A stretch of DNA of 64,000 nt from Callorhinchus milii (taxonomy: Eukaryota). Shown piece by piece: positions 49,467-62,689 of the stretch. The notes under the pieces were generated by a model. It ran no database searches. It was not told where the DNA came from and saw only the letters and a list, made by a program, of their open reading frames with translations. The stretch covers positions 33,792,001-33,856,000 of the forward strand of contig NW_024704742.1 of assembly GCF_018977255.1 (NCBI RefSeq). The letters run 5' to 3'. The position numbers and the translations under genes were made by a program. The stretch's first letter is position 1. Every line of letters begins with the position of its first letter.

Positions 49467-49565
49467 CTCCAAAAGCCTTTTCTGTTTTGCTGCCCTGGCT
49501 GCTTCACGCTGGGCATTATAAAATGCCTCTTCTTCTATCCTTAACTGTTCCTCTTGTGCAGCTAA
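49467..49565 (-). CDS. AP1AR: AP1AR coiled-coil exon
   Basis: tgcag|tta...gag|gtgagg; LAAQEEQLRIEEEAFYNAQREAARAAKQKRLLE; 99 nt. Confidence 0.95.
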
Positions 49566-50846
49566 CTGCATGTGAACGAAACAAAAAAGGTTAACAAAAT
49601 GATAAAACGCTTCATTGGGTAAATAAACATCAGGTGTGTTACAAGCATTCTGAGCGAAAGCTCAGTATTCTACGTCGAAACGAAATAAATATAATGTACA
49701 ACTCAATCAAACATTAAAAGCAAAAATAATAAAAACGTCCACATAAAAATAAATAACATTGAGAATGTGTTCTTAAGGGAAGGTGTATATATCAAAGGTG
49801 AATTTTTTTCTCAGGCTCAATTATTTCTGGTGTATTTCAATGCAATTCGATTCTCAGGTTGGATAAATTAAGCCCTCAGGATAAGGCGCTTAACAGGCTT
49901 CACATTCCATTCAGTTGACAGCTGCCAATTTAGCTCTGCACCAGATCATCAGTCTTTCTAGTCCCCGTCAGTCACGCAGAGCACATAGTGCAGAGATAGC
50001 TAATAAAGCAGTTTCAGGATCCAATTAATTGCCCCATAAAGAGACTACTTGAACCTGATGCATTGTAGCTTTTGTTTTATAAATTCACAACCGAATGGTG
50101 CACTATATATCGCACATTGCGAAACAGAAGTGCAGAGCAGACTGGCGCTTGAAAAGTCCAATACCTACTCAGCAGAAAGACAGTAAATGGAGGGGAATTG
50201 GTTCTTTTAATAAAACTCACACTACACTTTTATATTCCAAATCTTCGAAATCTAAGAGGCTCAAACAAACAAAATGAGCTTTCAGGATGGGAGGTTCTTA
50301 ATACAGCAATTTGCATAGTGGTGCAGGAGGTTTCTACATCAAATTGCTGTACATAGTGCACAATGGATTTAAGGATTCCATTGCAAACAAACTGCAGTAA
50401 GCCAGAACTTCCAATAACAGCAATGGCATAATACAGGATGATCCTGTAACACTGCGGTGTCTCGGGTCCATTAAATTAGATCCACGATATAAAAGGTCTG
50501 CAAAACCAATATGGTGGCAATACCACTTCTGGACAGTTGCACCTCTTCTGGCATGAATTGGACAGGTCCCTGTTCATATGCTCAGGAAGCTAGACGCTCA
50601 GCGACTACTCTCACAGCTTTCTCGAGTGCTAGAACTGCCCATGAAAACAATCACAGCTGACCAGCCAGCCTCCTGATCAGCTGGGTAGGAAGTCATGCAG
50701 TCTGTATCAAAAGCTGTTGGGTATTTTACGCCTAATAAGTGAACTCGCGCTTAAGCAAGACATGTTATAAAAAGGTCATCCTCTATTTTGTGCATGATAT
50801 TTTTGAGATGTTCAAAACAACAGAGAGCACAGAGAAACAATCCTAC

Positions 50847-50943
50847 CTCAGTTTGCAGCTGGCTGTCCACCATCCCTTGCCTCTCGGCAATGGAGTCATA
50901 ATGTCTATTCTGAAGGATTTGGATTTCATCTTCACTGATTGGT
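50847..50943 (-). CDS. AP1AR: AP1AR exon
   Basis: ttgacag|a...gag|gtagga; PISEDEIQILQNRHYDSIAERQGMVDSQLQTE (human ...RHYDSIAEKQ...); 97 nt. Confidence 0.93.
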
Positions 50944-51843
50944 CTGTCAAAATTGAAACATTCAGCAATAATAATAATTGAGCTCCCAATCTACAGTATA
51001 CACTGGAGCCATTTAATACATTTAACATGGCAAAGGTATATGCAATTGGGTCACATGTAGTGTGGCACAGTCTTAACGTTCAAAATCTCCACTTTTGATT
51101 TAAACAGTTTGAATCACATCAACAAAACGATTTAAAAACAGCTTGGTATTGATGCCAGACTTTTTAAAAATGGGTGTTACAATGAGATCACCTGTTTTTA
51201 CAGGCCAGCAGCCAAAAAAAAGCTCACAGTTTGCTGATAAACATCAATTTACAACACAAAACACCCCTTTGACTTCAAAACAGAATTTATTTATTCAGTG
51301 TTTCAGAGCTGCTGTAATTCCATAATAAGATCATGCTGTTTTAAATATGTTATCCATGACCAATGAAGGAAAACACTTAATGATTTTCAACAACAACAAA
51401 TTACAATTTGTATAGTGCCTTTCATGTCAGGAAGACGTCCCAATGCCGTGGACAGTCCAGGATCTGCACCCAACTAAGTAATATATGAAAATTGTTTTAT
51501 AACGTGATCACCTAGGCCCAATGTCTCAGGCCCTGCACTATAGAGAGGTTGGTTATAGTGGCCAACTTTCAGATCATCAAGCCATCACACCGAGGAGATG
51601 TTAATGCTGCTCGTTGTGCACAGCTGTTTGAAATGGTTAGTGTCACAATCCAATCACTTTATAAGTGAACCCACACTACCTATGGCAAGGCATATTTTAA
51701 CAGCTTTGAGATGAATTTTCAAAAAGGGAAAACAGGATCCGTTTGCGCCACTGCTTCACTGGACAGTCACAAATGCTCCAGGGTCTGCAGTTAGTTTTGT
51801 ATAGCATGCAATGTGAACATCATGCTCAGTGATACATGGGCAA

Positions 51844-52161
51844 ATAATAATAATAATAATCCTTGCATTTGATATAGCGCTTTTCACGTCGGGAGGACGT
51901 CCCAAAGCGCTTCACATAACACACTGTAAAGTGAATTGACTGTATATTTGTGGGCGAACGCGGCAGCCAATTACGCACAGCAGTGTCCCACAAACAGTCG
52001 TAGATTGAAAATGACCAATTTATTATTGTTTTTTGTGTTGGAGGGATTATTATCAGGCGTGTGGAGTAAGGAAACTTGCCCAAGGTTTCGCCCTGCCTGG
52101 AATTGAACTCAGGTCTCTCGCTTGCAAAGCGAGTGCTCTAACCACTGAGCTACAGGACTCC
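51844..52161 (-). mobile_element. Young tRNA-derived SINE, full length
   Basis: Reverse near-identical copy. Confidence 0.95.
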
Positions 52162-52346
52162 AAAAATGTGTGCAGCACAGAAGGGAACCCTTTCAGGCAC
52201 CAAGAGCTGCATTTTCTAAGTGGAGTCCTATTAATAAATAAAATTGGCTATCTTCCAGTCACACACACACACCACAGTTGATAGCAGATTCATTTAAATT
52301 ATCAATGTCACTAAAATCTTCACATTTGAGCAGTGACAGATTTAAA

Positions 52347-52721
52347 TGGAGTCCTGTAGCTCAGTGGTAAGAGCACTCGCCTCGCAAGCGAGAGACTGGG
52401 TTCGATTCCCAGCAGGGCGAAACGCTGGGCATGTTTCCTTACTCCACACGTCTCTGTTTACTTAGCAGTAAATAGGAACACGGTTGTTAGTCGATTGGCG
52501 GATCATTTTTCGGGGCATAATAATCCCATTGAAAAAATAAATAATAATAACTATTTGTTCACTCAATCCACAACTGTTTGTGGGATACTGCTGGGAGGAA
52601 TTGGCTGCCGCGATTCGCCCACAAAACAGTCAATTCACTTTACAGTATATTCTATGAAGCGCTTTGGGAGGTCTTGAAGACGTGATAAGGTGCTATATCA
52701 AATGCAAGGATTGTTATTATT
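52347..52721 (+). mobile_element. Older long-form tRNA SINE, full length
   Basis: A and B boxes, central gtctctgtttacttagcagtaaatagg segment, shared tail. Confidence 0.9.
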
Positions 52722-52759
52722 AATAAATGAATGGGTTTTGTCAGCAATAATTAAGTCAG

Positions 52760-53250
52760 TATAGAATCACAGAATATTGCAGGACATAAGGAGGCCATTC
52801 GGCCATTGTGCCTGTTGGTTCTTTGGAGGACAATCAGTCCCACTTCCCGCTCTTTTCCCATATCCGTGCAAATTTTTCCTTTTCAAGTACCTATCTAATT
52901 CTCTTTTGAAAGCTGTTATTGAATCTGTTTCCACAGCCCTTTCAGGCAGTGCATTCAGGACCGTAACAACTCTCTGTGTAAAGAAAATTCTCCTTATCTC
53001 CCCTCTGGTTCTTTTGCCGATTATCTTGAATCTACGTGCCCTGGTTACTGACCCACTGGCAAGTGGAAACAGTTTCTCCCCAACTACTCTATCAAAGCTC
53101 CTCATAATTTTGAACACCTCTATTAAATCTCTCCTTAACCATCTCTGCTCCAAGGAGAACAATCTCAGCTTCTCTAGTCTCTCCACATAACTAAAGTCCC
53201 TCATCCCTGGTAGTATTCTGGTAAATCTCCTCTGCACCCTCTCCAAGTAT
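52760..53250 (-). mobile_element. CR1 LINE 3' end
   Basis: 159-aa ORF ERVQRRFTRILPGMRDFSYVERLEKLRLFSLEQR...FFTQRVV. Confidence 0.93.
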
Positions 53251-53824
53251 CCAGAAAATTTACCAATTAGCAGGTTTAAAAAGCTACACTAAATGTATCA
53301 GCAGCCTGCATTAATAAGCTCAAGATGCAGTTAAAGCTCCATTTGAAGACATTTAATGACCTTGTATTAAGCTCTAATTATTGGTTCTAAATGTCATTTC
53401 TGATGTTAGATATTATAATCGGACAGCTGAAGGCAGCGTTAAGTTGTTCATCTGCATTCTGCACCAGACAAGTGGCACTGCGGGGTTCAGGAAAATATTA
53501 ATTCTAAGTTTCTTCAAAGGCTTTGGCATTAAACACTAAGGTGGCTCAGCCAGCACTGCATTGGAGTGTCAGCCGAGACTATGAGCTCAAAGTTCCGACT
53601 TAGGGCTTGAACTCACAACTCCCCTCCACCAACCCCCATACCCACCCCACCGCCCCGATGTCCGAATACTACCAGTTGAGCCAGGCTGACTCATTAATGC
53701 CTATTCACCTCGACTTGAAGGTTAAACAAACATGGCAGAATGATAATTTTGTGCAATGGTTTAAATGAGAGTCAAATTCCACTCCGAATACATGTCTAAT
53801 TCTAACAATTTTGTAGCTCCTTAC

Positions 53825-53850
53825 CTGGGGTTGGCTCCTGGGCTTTCACC
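53825..53850 (-). CDS. AP1AR: AP1AR 26-nt microexon
   Basis: tactttacag|GGTGAAAGCCCAGGAGCCAACCCCAG|gtaagg = GESPGANP(R); human GESPGSSHR; phase fits both neighbours. Confidence 0.88.
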
Positions 53851-55429
53851 CTGTAAAGTAAAAATCACAACATTAATGCAAAAAGATCTGCACTCAGCAA
53901 TGCTTCACAACGGAGTCATGCAGTTCCAACCTTTTTTTGGCACAGTATCCTCTCCTCCCCCATTTTTAATCTGTTTTCTTCCTCCACCTCAAATCCCTCA
54001 GGCACCATTAACAAAGAGGTTTTTCAAATGATCGAGTTCTAAGACTCTTAAGTGTTTTTTTTAGACCAAATGGGGAGATATGGAGGAGTGTGGATTTGGT
54101 GAAGGGTGGGGGGAGAAAAGAAGAGTGCACAGATTAAGTTACTTTTAAGTCTCACTCTTCTCTAAAAGCTCTTCTCAGACATTTGAGTTGAGGAGCATTT
54201 GGGAAAAATTAGGAAAATCAATCTGACAGTACTAAAAATGAGCAGCAGTTATGCTATAATTTCAGGAACAGTTAAAGGATGATTCTAGCATGCTAATTTA
54301 TTTAGCTTAAAATGTAAGTGCTTTTACAACTCAAATCTTACATAGCGAAAACTGCAACAGAACTCACACAAGTTGTATCAGTTGGGACCATAACACTTAA
54401 TGTGACACACAAAGTCCGAGTGTAGGCAAACTTGTACAAGTCGTATAAAATCCGATTTAATGAATATTCTACACTGCACATACATAATTCAATGCAGCCG
54501 GTAAGTCCGCATGTGGTAGTTCATCACTGCAGCTGGTAAGTGCACATGCAGTGACAGGTCAAAACTAAGTTTCCCGCGATCCAATGAGTCTTGACCCGTC
54601 ATCTCATTCGCACTTACCGGCAAGTGTTGAAATTGCATTGAATCACAAGAAGTGAAGTACTTCTGCGCATGCATGGGTCGAAGAATCAAGACTACGTTTC
54701 CCGTGATTCAATGTTGCTGGCCGGTAAGTGCTCATATATCGACGGGTCAGCCATTTACCGCGAATCAATGCACTGATATGTGTGGGAGTAATGGAGAGCA
54801 GGGGAGCAGTGTTACCAATTAGGAGGTGATAAATACGACCAGTGCAAAAAAATGTAAATGATCTTGATAGCAAACTGAATGGGACTCGGGTGAATGTATG
54901 AGTTAGGCGATTATACAATTTATAAAGATAAGACTTATGCAAATTTCACTGTATTACTAAACTGTTCATTTTAACCTAGATGATCGTATTGATGAGAAAC
55001 ACTTAAAATATAAATCTATATCTGAATTGTTACTGCATCAACCAAATAACTCTGCTGTTATCCAAAATGAAAAAGGCAAATTTGAAGCAAATGTTGCTTT
55101 TGGTAACATTAGGATTTAGTTCAATAAGGAATGTCACTGACGACCACACACGGGATCACTAATGTAATCTTGTTAAATTGTCATTCAAGCTCTTCAGTGA
55201 TGCCCTCTTGCACACTGAGAAAAGAGCATCAGGCCTAGACCTCTGACCCTTTGAAGATCATCTCCCAGGAAATGTGACAGATGGCGAGCCCAATTAATAT
55301 GTTCAGTGGTTTGTAATCAGTTAGGAAAGTTTCTTTTTTCATTTCCCATTAGTGTCATGTTTCACTCCCTCATGGTCAACTAGAAAAAAAATCTTTTGAC
55401 ATTGATGGTCTTCTGAGAAAGATATCCAT

Positions 55430-55930
55430 CACAAAGGGGGGTTCAGATGAAGAAGGCCCATCATCCCACTTGATCTCATCCTTCCACAACAGCATCTCAA
55501 CTAACTTCCCATTTCAATACCAAGATAGGTCTTAAATGAGATCAGTGATTTGCGTACAATCACAGTTCCCAGTAACTTGTTCTCACTGTTGATTACATTC
55601 CGTGTTTTTAAAAATAAAATGCTTTCTGGTGTTTTCCTAAAATTGCCTTTACAACCCTGAACTTGTACCATCTTGACATGTTTCCTTGGCATACTTGAAA
55701 AATTGTTCTGCGTTGATCTCCATCCCATCAAGCATCTTATAAGATTCTCTCCTCTCAGACTTTTTTAAAAAAAAATTATCCAGTTATTATTAATCACAGC
55801 TCAACACTGTCTTCAAAACGGGAATCAGCCTCATTGCTCTCTTTGTGCCTTGAGGGCCCTGGCAGCCTTACTATGTCACACTGAATAAAACTGTATTCCA
55901 GGTGTAGCCTAACTCAATTGTAGTTTTAGT
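55430..55930 (-). mobile_element. Old CR1 fragment
   Basis: Degraded; related to 32580-32850 and 63280-63560 (gatgagatcaa motif). Confidence 0.55.
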
Positions 55931-56064
55931 CCAGTTAAAATGCATGTTTAACGCTGACCTAATTACCCGGCGAGGGAGACAGCTGTGACACAGATAAATG
56001 CCAATAGCCCATGAGACACAGATGCACTTAGACAAACTCCTCAAGGGAGTGAATGCAAACATAC

Positions 56065-56091
56065 CTCATCACTCTCCACCAAATTCTCAAA
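56065..56091 (-). CDS. AP1AR: AP1AR 27-nt microexon
   Basis: tttgcag|TTTGAGAATTTGGTGGAGAGTGATGAG|gtatgt = FENLVESDE, the same as the recalled human peptide. Confidence 0.92.
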
Positions 56092-57226
56092 CTGCAAAAG
56101 AGAAATAGAACACCAGTTAAGTGCTGACTCACCGTCTCGACCTTACAACACGTACATGTAAGAATTAACTTGAGCAAGCCTCTGGTTTCAGTGAAGGAAA
56201 AAGAAACCGATCACAGTAGCTCTTCCCTAATGAAACTGGAGACCTGAAATTTTAGATTCTGTTCTTTATTAATCCAGAGCAATGCTGCTTTAACGAAATG
56301 CCTCATAACCCAAAAAATGAGACAGATTTATAACTGGTCTGAAAAAAGCCACATGTCCCCACTTCCAGGTCACAGTTTTGCTCACAAAACAGTCACGACA
56401 TTTTACAGTATATTCTATGAAGCTCTTTGAGACATCTCAATGATGTGATAAGGCACTATATCAAATGCAAGCATTATTATTATTGTTATAAACGTCACTC
56501 CTGGGGCAAACCGGCTGGCCTGCTGCACATGGGCACAGGAAGCTGGTTGGTCAGCCACATTTGCTCACACAAACATTTCTAGCACCAGAAATGTTTGTGT
56601 GAGTGGCTGAGGCTAACAATTTGGCATCCTGCCCACCTCCTCAGGAGCCAGGACATTCCGCGCCAACAATTTAAATGCACTTCTTGTAAATGCAGATCAG
56701 TAGATCCACGTTCTAAGCAATTCCGTGCTCCAGGGAAATGCTTAGTAACAATGTCATCATGTAAATAAGAATAATTGAACAAATATTGCCAAAAAGCTCC
56801 TTAAAGCAATAATGGATTGAATGTGCTGTGGAAATTCGTCAATCACGGTAAATAATCTGTCCCTCTTTCCATAGTATTCTCTAGTCAATTGTGCCAGCTA
56901 GGTCTCACAAGCAGTTACGATGAAAATGACAATTATCTGGAGATGTATATGTAAGCGTGCTCAATAAATTATCTCTCCTACACGGTACCTTAGTTTAATA
57001 GCACAACTGAAAGACAAGTTGCGGCCATACGTGTAAAATGAAAGGCTCAAAGTTTTTTTTAGTTGGCTGGATGTCTGACATGCGGAAACCCATCAGTTTG
57101 ACATATGTTCAAGGCATCACTCACCCTGAAGTGAGGATGCACAGAAGGCAAAGTTCTACATCAGTCAATTCCTATCAATTATCCTCAATAACAGAAGAAT
57201 TTTTTTTAAAAAAGGAGGGAAAGGGA

Positions 57227-57590
57227 TAATAATCCTTGCATTTCATACAGCACCTTATCACGTCTTTGAGACTTCTCAAAGTGCTTCACCGAATATACTG
57301 TAAAATGAATTAACTATATTTTGTGGGCGAAATGCAGCAGCCAATTGCGCACAGCAGTGTCCCACAAACAGTCGTTGATTCAAGTAATCAATTTATTTAT
57401 TTTTTTGAAGGAATTATTAGCCCCGGAAAAGCGATCTGCCAATCGACTAACAACCAGGTTCCTACTTGCTGCTAGGTAAACAGAGGCATGTGGAGTAAGG
57501 AAACTTTCCCAATGTTTTGCCCCGCCAGGAATCAAACCCAATCCCCTTCTTTAGAGGTGAGTACTCGAACCACTGAGCTACACGACTCCC
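57227..57590 (-). mobile_element. Older long-form tRNA SINE, full length
   Basis: Reverse copy of the 52347-type element. Confidence 0.9.
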
Positions 57591-57970
57591 CAAGGAATAA
57601 GGGTGCCAACTTTAAGGCACGCATTTTGACAGGGGGTCAGGGCCACTGGCAATTGAACCAAGTAAATCTAAACACTTTACTTCTGGGAGGCCAAACACTG
57701 CGAAATAGGTTCTCCTGCACAGTTCAACCATCCTGGAAGTCTTTTCAGACTAGATACCATTATATCAATATAATGGATCATTCTATTGCTATCTCCAGGA
57801 ATGCCATTATAAAACTATAATCAAATGAGAATACTAATTTGGATAAATGCAAAATCTATTAATTTTGAGTTTGTAAACATTTCACCCACTCAGCACTTTT
57901 GTCACTGCAGAATTATTCAATGAAGATGAACAATGCATTTCCAGGCTGCAGTAAATAATACATTACATAC

Positions 57971-58019
57971 CTCTATAGTAAAGTGTTCTCCGTGAGCGCT
58001 CGACCTAAAATACTTCGAT
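57971..58019 (-). CDS. AP1AR: AP-1 complex-associated regulatory protein (gadkin), coding exon 2
   Basis: ttcttttctag|a...gag|gtatgt; encodes SKYFRSSAHGEHFTIE (human SKYFRTCSRGEHLTIE); 49 nt. Confidence 0.92.
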
Positions 58020-58297
58020 CTAGAAAAGAAAGTGATCCGTTAGGTGTTGCTGGATGTTATTCTGACAAGGCAACAAAAATTAAACTAGTTACACTGGTAG
58101 TTACTGCAATGCTTCCTCACATTGAAACATCTTAAAACATTTCATACAATTACTGTATTTTCTTTGAAGTTCATTCGTGCTAGGAATGTAACACAAACAA
58201 TGCAAAGAACGACCAAATGTTTTTCAGCAAATTTACATGTTGCCAGGACACCACTGCAACTTCTTTTAAGATCCACCTCAGTCTAATGCCTCATTGG

Positions 58298-58604
58298 GAA
58301 GAGACCTGGGTTCGATTCCTGGCAGGGCGAAACGTTGGGCAAATTTCTTTACTCCACACGCCTGTTTACCTAAGTAGGAACGCTTAGTCGATTGGCAGAT
58401 CGCTTGTCTGGGTTGTAATAATTCCTTCAAACAATAAATAAATAAGAAATTGGTCACTTAATCCACAACTTTTGTGGGACACTGCTGTGCGCAATTGGCT
58501 GCCACGTTTCGCCCACAAAATATATAGTCAATTCACGTTCTTTGAAGCGCTTTGAGACATCCCGAAGACATAAGGCGCTATATCAAATGCAAGGATTATT
58601 ATTA
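58298..58604 (+). mobile_element. Older long-form tRNA SINE
   Basis: B box through tail. Confidence 0.85.
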
Positions 58605-58874
58605 TCTTCAACGATACACCTCTATTGGCTGAAATTCCAGTCCAAACAAACATGGACTCAAATTCTACTGTGGGGCTCAAACTCACAACCATATCACCCA
58701 GAACTAAAGTAACTCAGGAAATGTCACCAGCCATAAACAAATTGATCACTAGATGTAAATTTCACTACTCATGTCAATTGGGAGAACAAAGTAGTTCATT
58801 ACTGCCCAAAATAGTCTTCCTGTCATTTATACAGTGCAATTATTTTTAATGACTTTCCATAATAAAACCCGTCT

Positions 58875-59225
58875 CATTTGGTAGCACTTTTACCCCTTTG
58901 CCAGAAGGTTGTGAGCTCAAACCATACGTCAATACTTGAGCTCAGTGGCACTGCAGTGCAGTCCTGGGTGTGTGCTACATTTGTCGCTGTCCTTTGTATT
59001 AGATGTTAAACAGAGGTCCCAGCTGCCTGTTCATGTAGCTGAAGATCCCACTAACTATTCAAAAAGTAGCTAAAGATCCCATTAACTATTCAAAAAGAGA
59101 AGTGAGCCTCTCCTGGTCTTGGCCAACAATCCTTCAGTTCATTACTGATACAATGGCTGTTTCGGGGATCTGCTGTACAAATATACAGTCAATACTCTTC
59201 ACAGCTGTGAAGCTCTTTGAGATGG
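58875..59225 (+). mobile_element. Old Deu-domain-like SINE with an internal tandem duplication of about 30 bp
   Basis: aagatccca(c/t)taactattcaaaaag is repeated at 59042 and 59073. Confidence 0.7.
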
Positions 59226-59434
59226 AACTTTATAGCATAGAAGGCCACTGAGTCCATTGTGTCTGCTCTTTCTTTTAAGATCAATTCTTGCAGTCCCATT
59301 TACCTGCCCTTGCCCCTCTCGTTTATTCCTTTTTGGTATTTGTCGAATTCCTTTTTGAAAGCTCATATGGATTCTGCCTCAAACACTTCCTGGCAGGACA
59401 TTCCATATCCTAACTACTCTAACTACTCCTAACG

Positions 59435-59757
59435 TGGAGTCCTGTAGCTCAGTGGTTAGAGCACTCGCTTTGCAAGTGAGAGACCTGAGTTCAAATCCAG
59501 GCAGAGGGCGAAACCTTGGGCAAGTTTCCTTACTCCACACGCCTAATAATAATCCCTTCAAAACAAAAACAATAATAAATTGGTCATTTTCAATCTACGA
59601 CTGTTTGTGGGACATTGCTGTGCGCAATTGGCTGCCGCGTTCGCCACAAATATACAGTCAATTCACTTTACAGTCTATTCTGTGAAGCGCTTTGGGACGT
59701 CCTCCCGACGTGAAAAGCGCTATATCAAATGCAAGGATTATTATTATTATTATTATT
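59435..59757 (+). mobile_element. Young tRNA-derived SINE inserted in a CR1 fragment
   Basis: Full-length copy; CR1-like sequence (taactactc / tctgtgtgaaaa) lies on both sides. Confidence 0.93.
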
Positions 59758-60087
59758 ACTCTGTGTGAAAAAATACTTCAGCATTGTAGGTGCTATATCA
59801 AATGGCAGTATTATTAAACTATTTTTTAATTGCATCCATCAATTACACAGAGAAGAGCAACTTTAGCCATTCTCAATTCTGCAATGTAACAAAAGCAAGA
59901 GTAAATGGGTAGAACGTAGTCAGTGAGCATGCTCCTCGGGCTCCACCAAAATCATTCTTATCAGGTTGATCATGTTAACATGATGTAGGTATAAAACTGA
60001 TTATATACCCAAGACAAAACTGATTTTAGATATTAAATCCAAAACACAAAGTCAATAAAGGATTTGGGTTTGTTAAATTAAATTGCA

Positions 60088-60275
60088 CCGTGTGAGGCGC
60101 AGGTCTGTACGCTCGACTTGCAAGCGAGAGGACTTTGGTTCGATTACTGGCAGGGCGAAACATTGTACAAGTTTCCTTACTCCACACACACACCTCCGTT
60201 TACCTAACAGTAAATAGGAATCCTGTTGTTAGCCGATTGGGGGGACCGCTTTCCAGGGGTAATAATCCCTTTTAA
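60088..60275 (+). mobile_element. Older long-form tRNA SINE, 5' part
   Basis: Head and central segment only. Confidence 0.75.
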
Positions 60276-61342
60276 AAATATTTTTTTCAGCGAAGTTCAA
60301 TTGTGTTATTTGAATCAGATCCTTTTAAACTGTGAAACATTCGGCACAATTATAGATTTTTGCCCTTACAATCTTAGGTTGTATCTCAAGAGTACTTTGA
60401 CAGCAGTGTCAGTATCACACATCATCAAACCCTTAAGTGCTATATCACCAATGTACTGGGGATCTAGTGACAACAGTGCTCGTGCTTTTAGCCTTTTTGT
60501 TTTTAATTCAATGTGACGGCCTTCATGAATAATTAGTCTGGAAGGTATTGTGAAGTGATTTTAATGTCAGAATGGCTTTCCACAGCCACAATGATTATTA
60601 TAGCTCTGGGTTATTTTTTTCTCTCATCAATACATTGTAAGAGTTTAAGACCAATGGGTATAGTTTCTTCACTGCATGCAGTCCTAGATATTGGTTTGGC
60701 CTAGATCATGGCTGTGGATTGAATAGGTCAAATAATTGAATTGAAAAGAAAATGTAGCTGTAAAGACAACAGCGTCCAAGACAAATATATTGCCTTTAAA
60801 GAAAATATGGGATGATATCTAATTAAATAGGATAATTTGTTGAAGTACAGAGACCCCCAATTTCTCAACAGTTTGATAAGACCCACGATGAAGAGTTATA
60901 GGGAGGGACAAAGTACAATACTAATTGAAGCAGCAGCACTGTTCTGACAGACTGAAAATAGTGCAGATAAAATAAAAGCAACAATGCCTGCAACAACTTG
61001 CATGAAACTCATGATCAGAAGTGTTGTTATAAAGGCAAATACATGCAACAGGATTTACAGTATTGAGGGTAACCCTGAAGCTGTTCCATCCTTTCACTTT
61101 GTTAAAATGGATTAAATTGTTTAGATTACAAGTGCTTCCCAATACTGATGTTACTCAGTAACCAGAAAACATGCTCGATGACTCCTGGTTGGACAACTCT
61201 CAATGTCTCCAATAGCTTCTAGACATTACAGAATGCAATATATTATCTTTAAAATGTTACTGAAAAAATAGGTTATTAAAAAAATCAATAGCTTTCAATA
61301 TTAATGAAATGTGAAATGACTGAATGCATCTGATTTGTGATT

Positions 61343-61712
61343 AATAATAATCCTTGCATTTGGTATAGTGCCTATCACAATAAAACATCAAAGTGATTCA
61401 TAGACAGTTGCTATCAAGCATAGTATTGTATATTATATGTAAATGTGGCAACTAATTTTGACAAACAGCTATGATGCAAATGACTAATTTATCTGGAGGA
61501 TTGTTGACTAGGACCCCAGGAAAAACTCACTTCTATTTTTGAATAGCTATCATGGGATCTTTAATGTCCACCTACACAGGCAGATGGGACCTCAGTTTAA
61601 TATCTTATCCACACTCTTCCAATGCTGCCTAGACTGTGAACACAAAGTCTCCAACAGGTGACTTGGACCCACAATCAGAGATGTGAGTGCTACCAACTGA
61701 GCCAAACTGACA
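61343..61712 (-). mobile_element. Old Deu-domain-like SINE
   Basis: Reverse copy, head-to-head with the 61801 copy. Confidence 0.75.
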
Positions 61713-61800
61713 ATTTACTGGTAGTACAAAACCGATTTCCACTCTCATTGAGGCAATCTCTTCACATCACATTATGTAGGGTAATTATTATGTGCGTATA

Positions 61801-62010
61801 GTGTCAGCCGAGCTCAGTTGGTAGCACTCTCGGCTCAGTCAGAGGATTATGGGTTCAAGCCCACTTTGTGGTTTTGAACTCATATAGTCGAGGCTGACAC
61901 TCTCGTGCACTGCTGGAGGTGTACTACTTTTTCGGAGGTGCTGTCCTCAGGTAAGACTTTAAACCAAAGTCCTGTTCAGGTGGACGTTAAAGATCCCAAA
62001 GCACTATTTG
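61801..62010 (+). mobile_element. Deu-domain-like SINE, 5' half
   Basis: gtgtcagccgagctcagttggtagcactctc...caggtggacgttaaagatccc. Confidence 0.8.
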
Positions 62011-62359
62011 AAAAAAGGAAATTTCTTCTGGAATATATATAGATATATATTTATTTGTTGATATATATTTACTCTGGTCTCAAATAGTATCAAATCCTTT
62101 ACGGAAAAGAATATGCAACATGTTATTATCCCGTTACAGAATGCAACCGACCCAGCACCTAGTGGCGGGGGTGGCCTCCGTACACTCCACTCTGGTGAAG
62201 GAACCAAGGCTTCCTCGCCTCGGGGTTCTGCTGCCCTTTGCAGGGTACAATTACAAATGGGGTCTTATACCCCCCTCCCTATCTCTCCCTTCTTAGTGGG
62301 GAGCGGGGACAGGTTCACTGTACACAGGTTGTGCACAGTAGCTCAGTGGCTAGAGCTAG

Positions 62360-62687
62360 AGCTCCTGTAGCTCAGTGGTTAGAGCACTCGCTTTGCAACC
62401 GAGAGACCTGAGTTCAATTCCAGGCAGAGGGCAAAACCTTGGGCAAGTTTCCTTACTCCACACAGAGCCTAATAATAATCCCTCCAAAAACAAAAACAAT
62501 AATAAATTGGTCATTTTCAATCTACGACTGTTTGTGGGACATTGCTGTGCGCAATTGGCTGCCGCGTTCGCCCACAAATATACAGTCAATTCACTTTACA
62601 GTGTGTTCTGTGAAGCGCTTTGGGACGTCCTCCCGACGTGAAAAGCGCTATATCAAATGCAAGGATTATTATTATTATTATTATTAT
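62360..62687 (+). mobile_element. Young tRNA-derived SINE, full length
   Basis: Near-identical copy, preceded by a short duplicate of its A box at 62338-62356. Confidence 0.95.
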
Positions 62688-62689
62688 AT

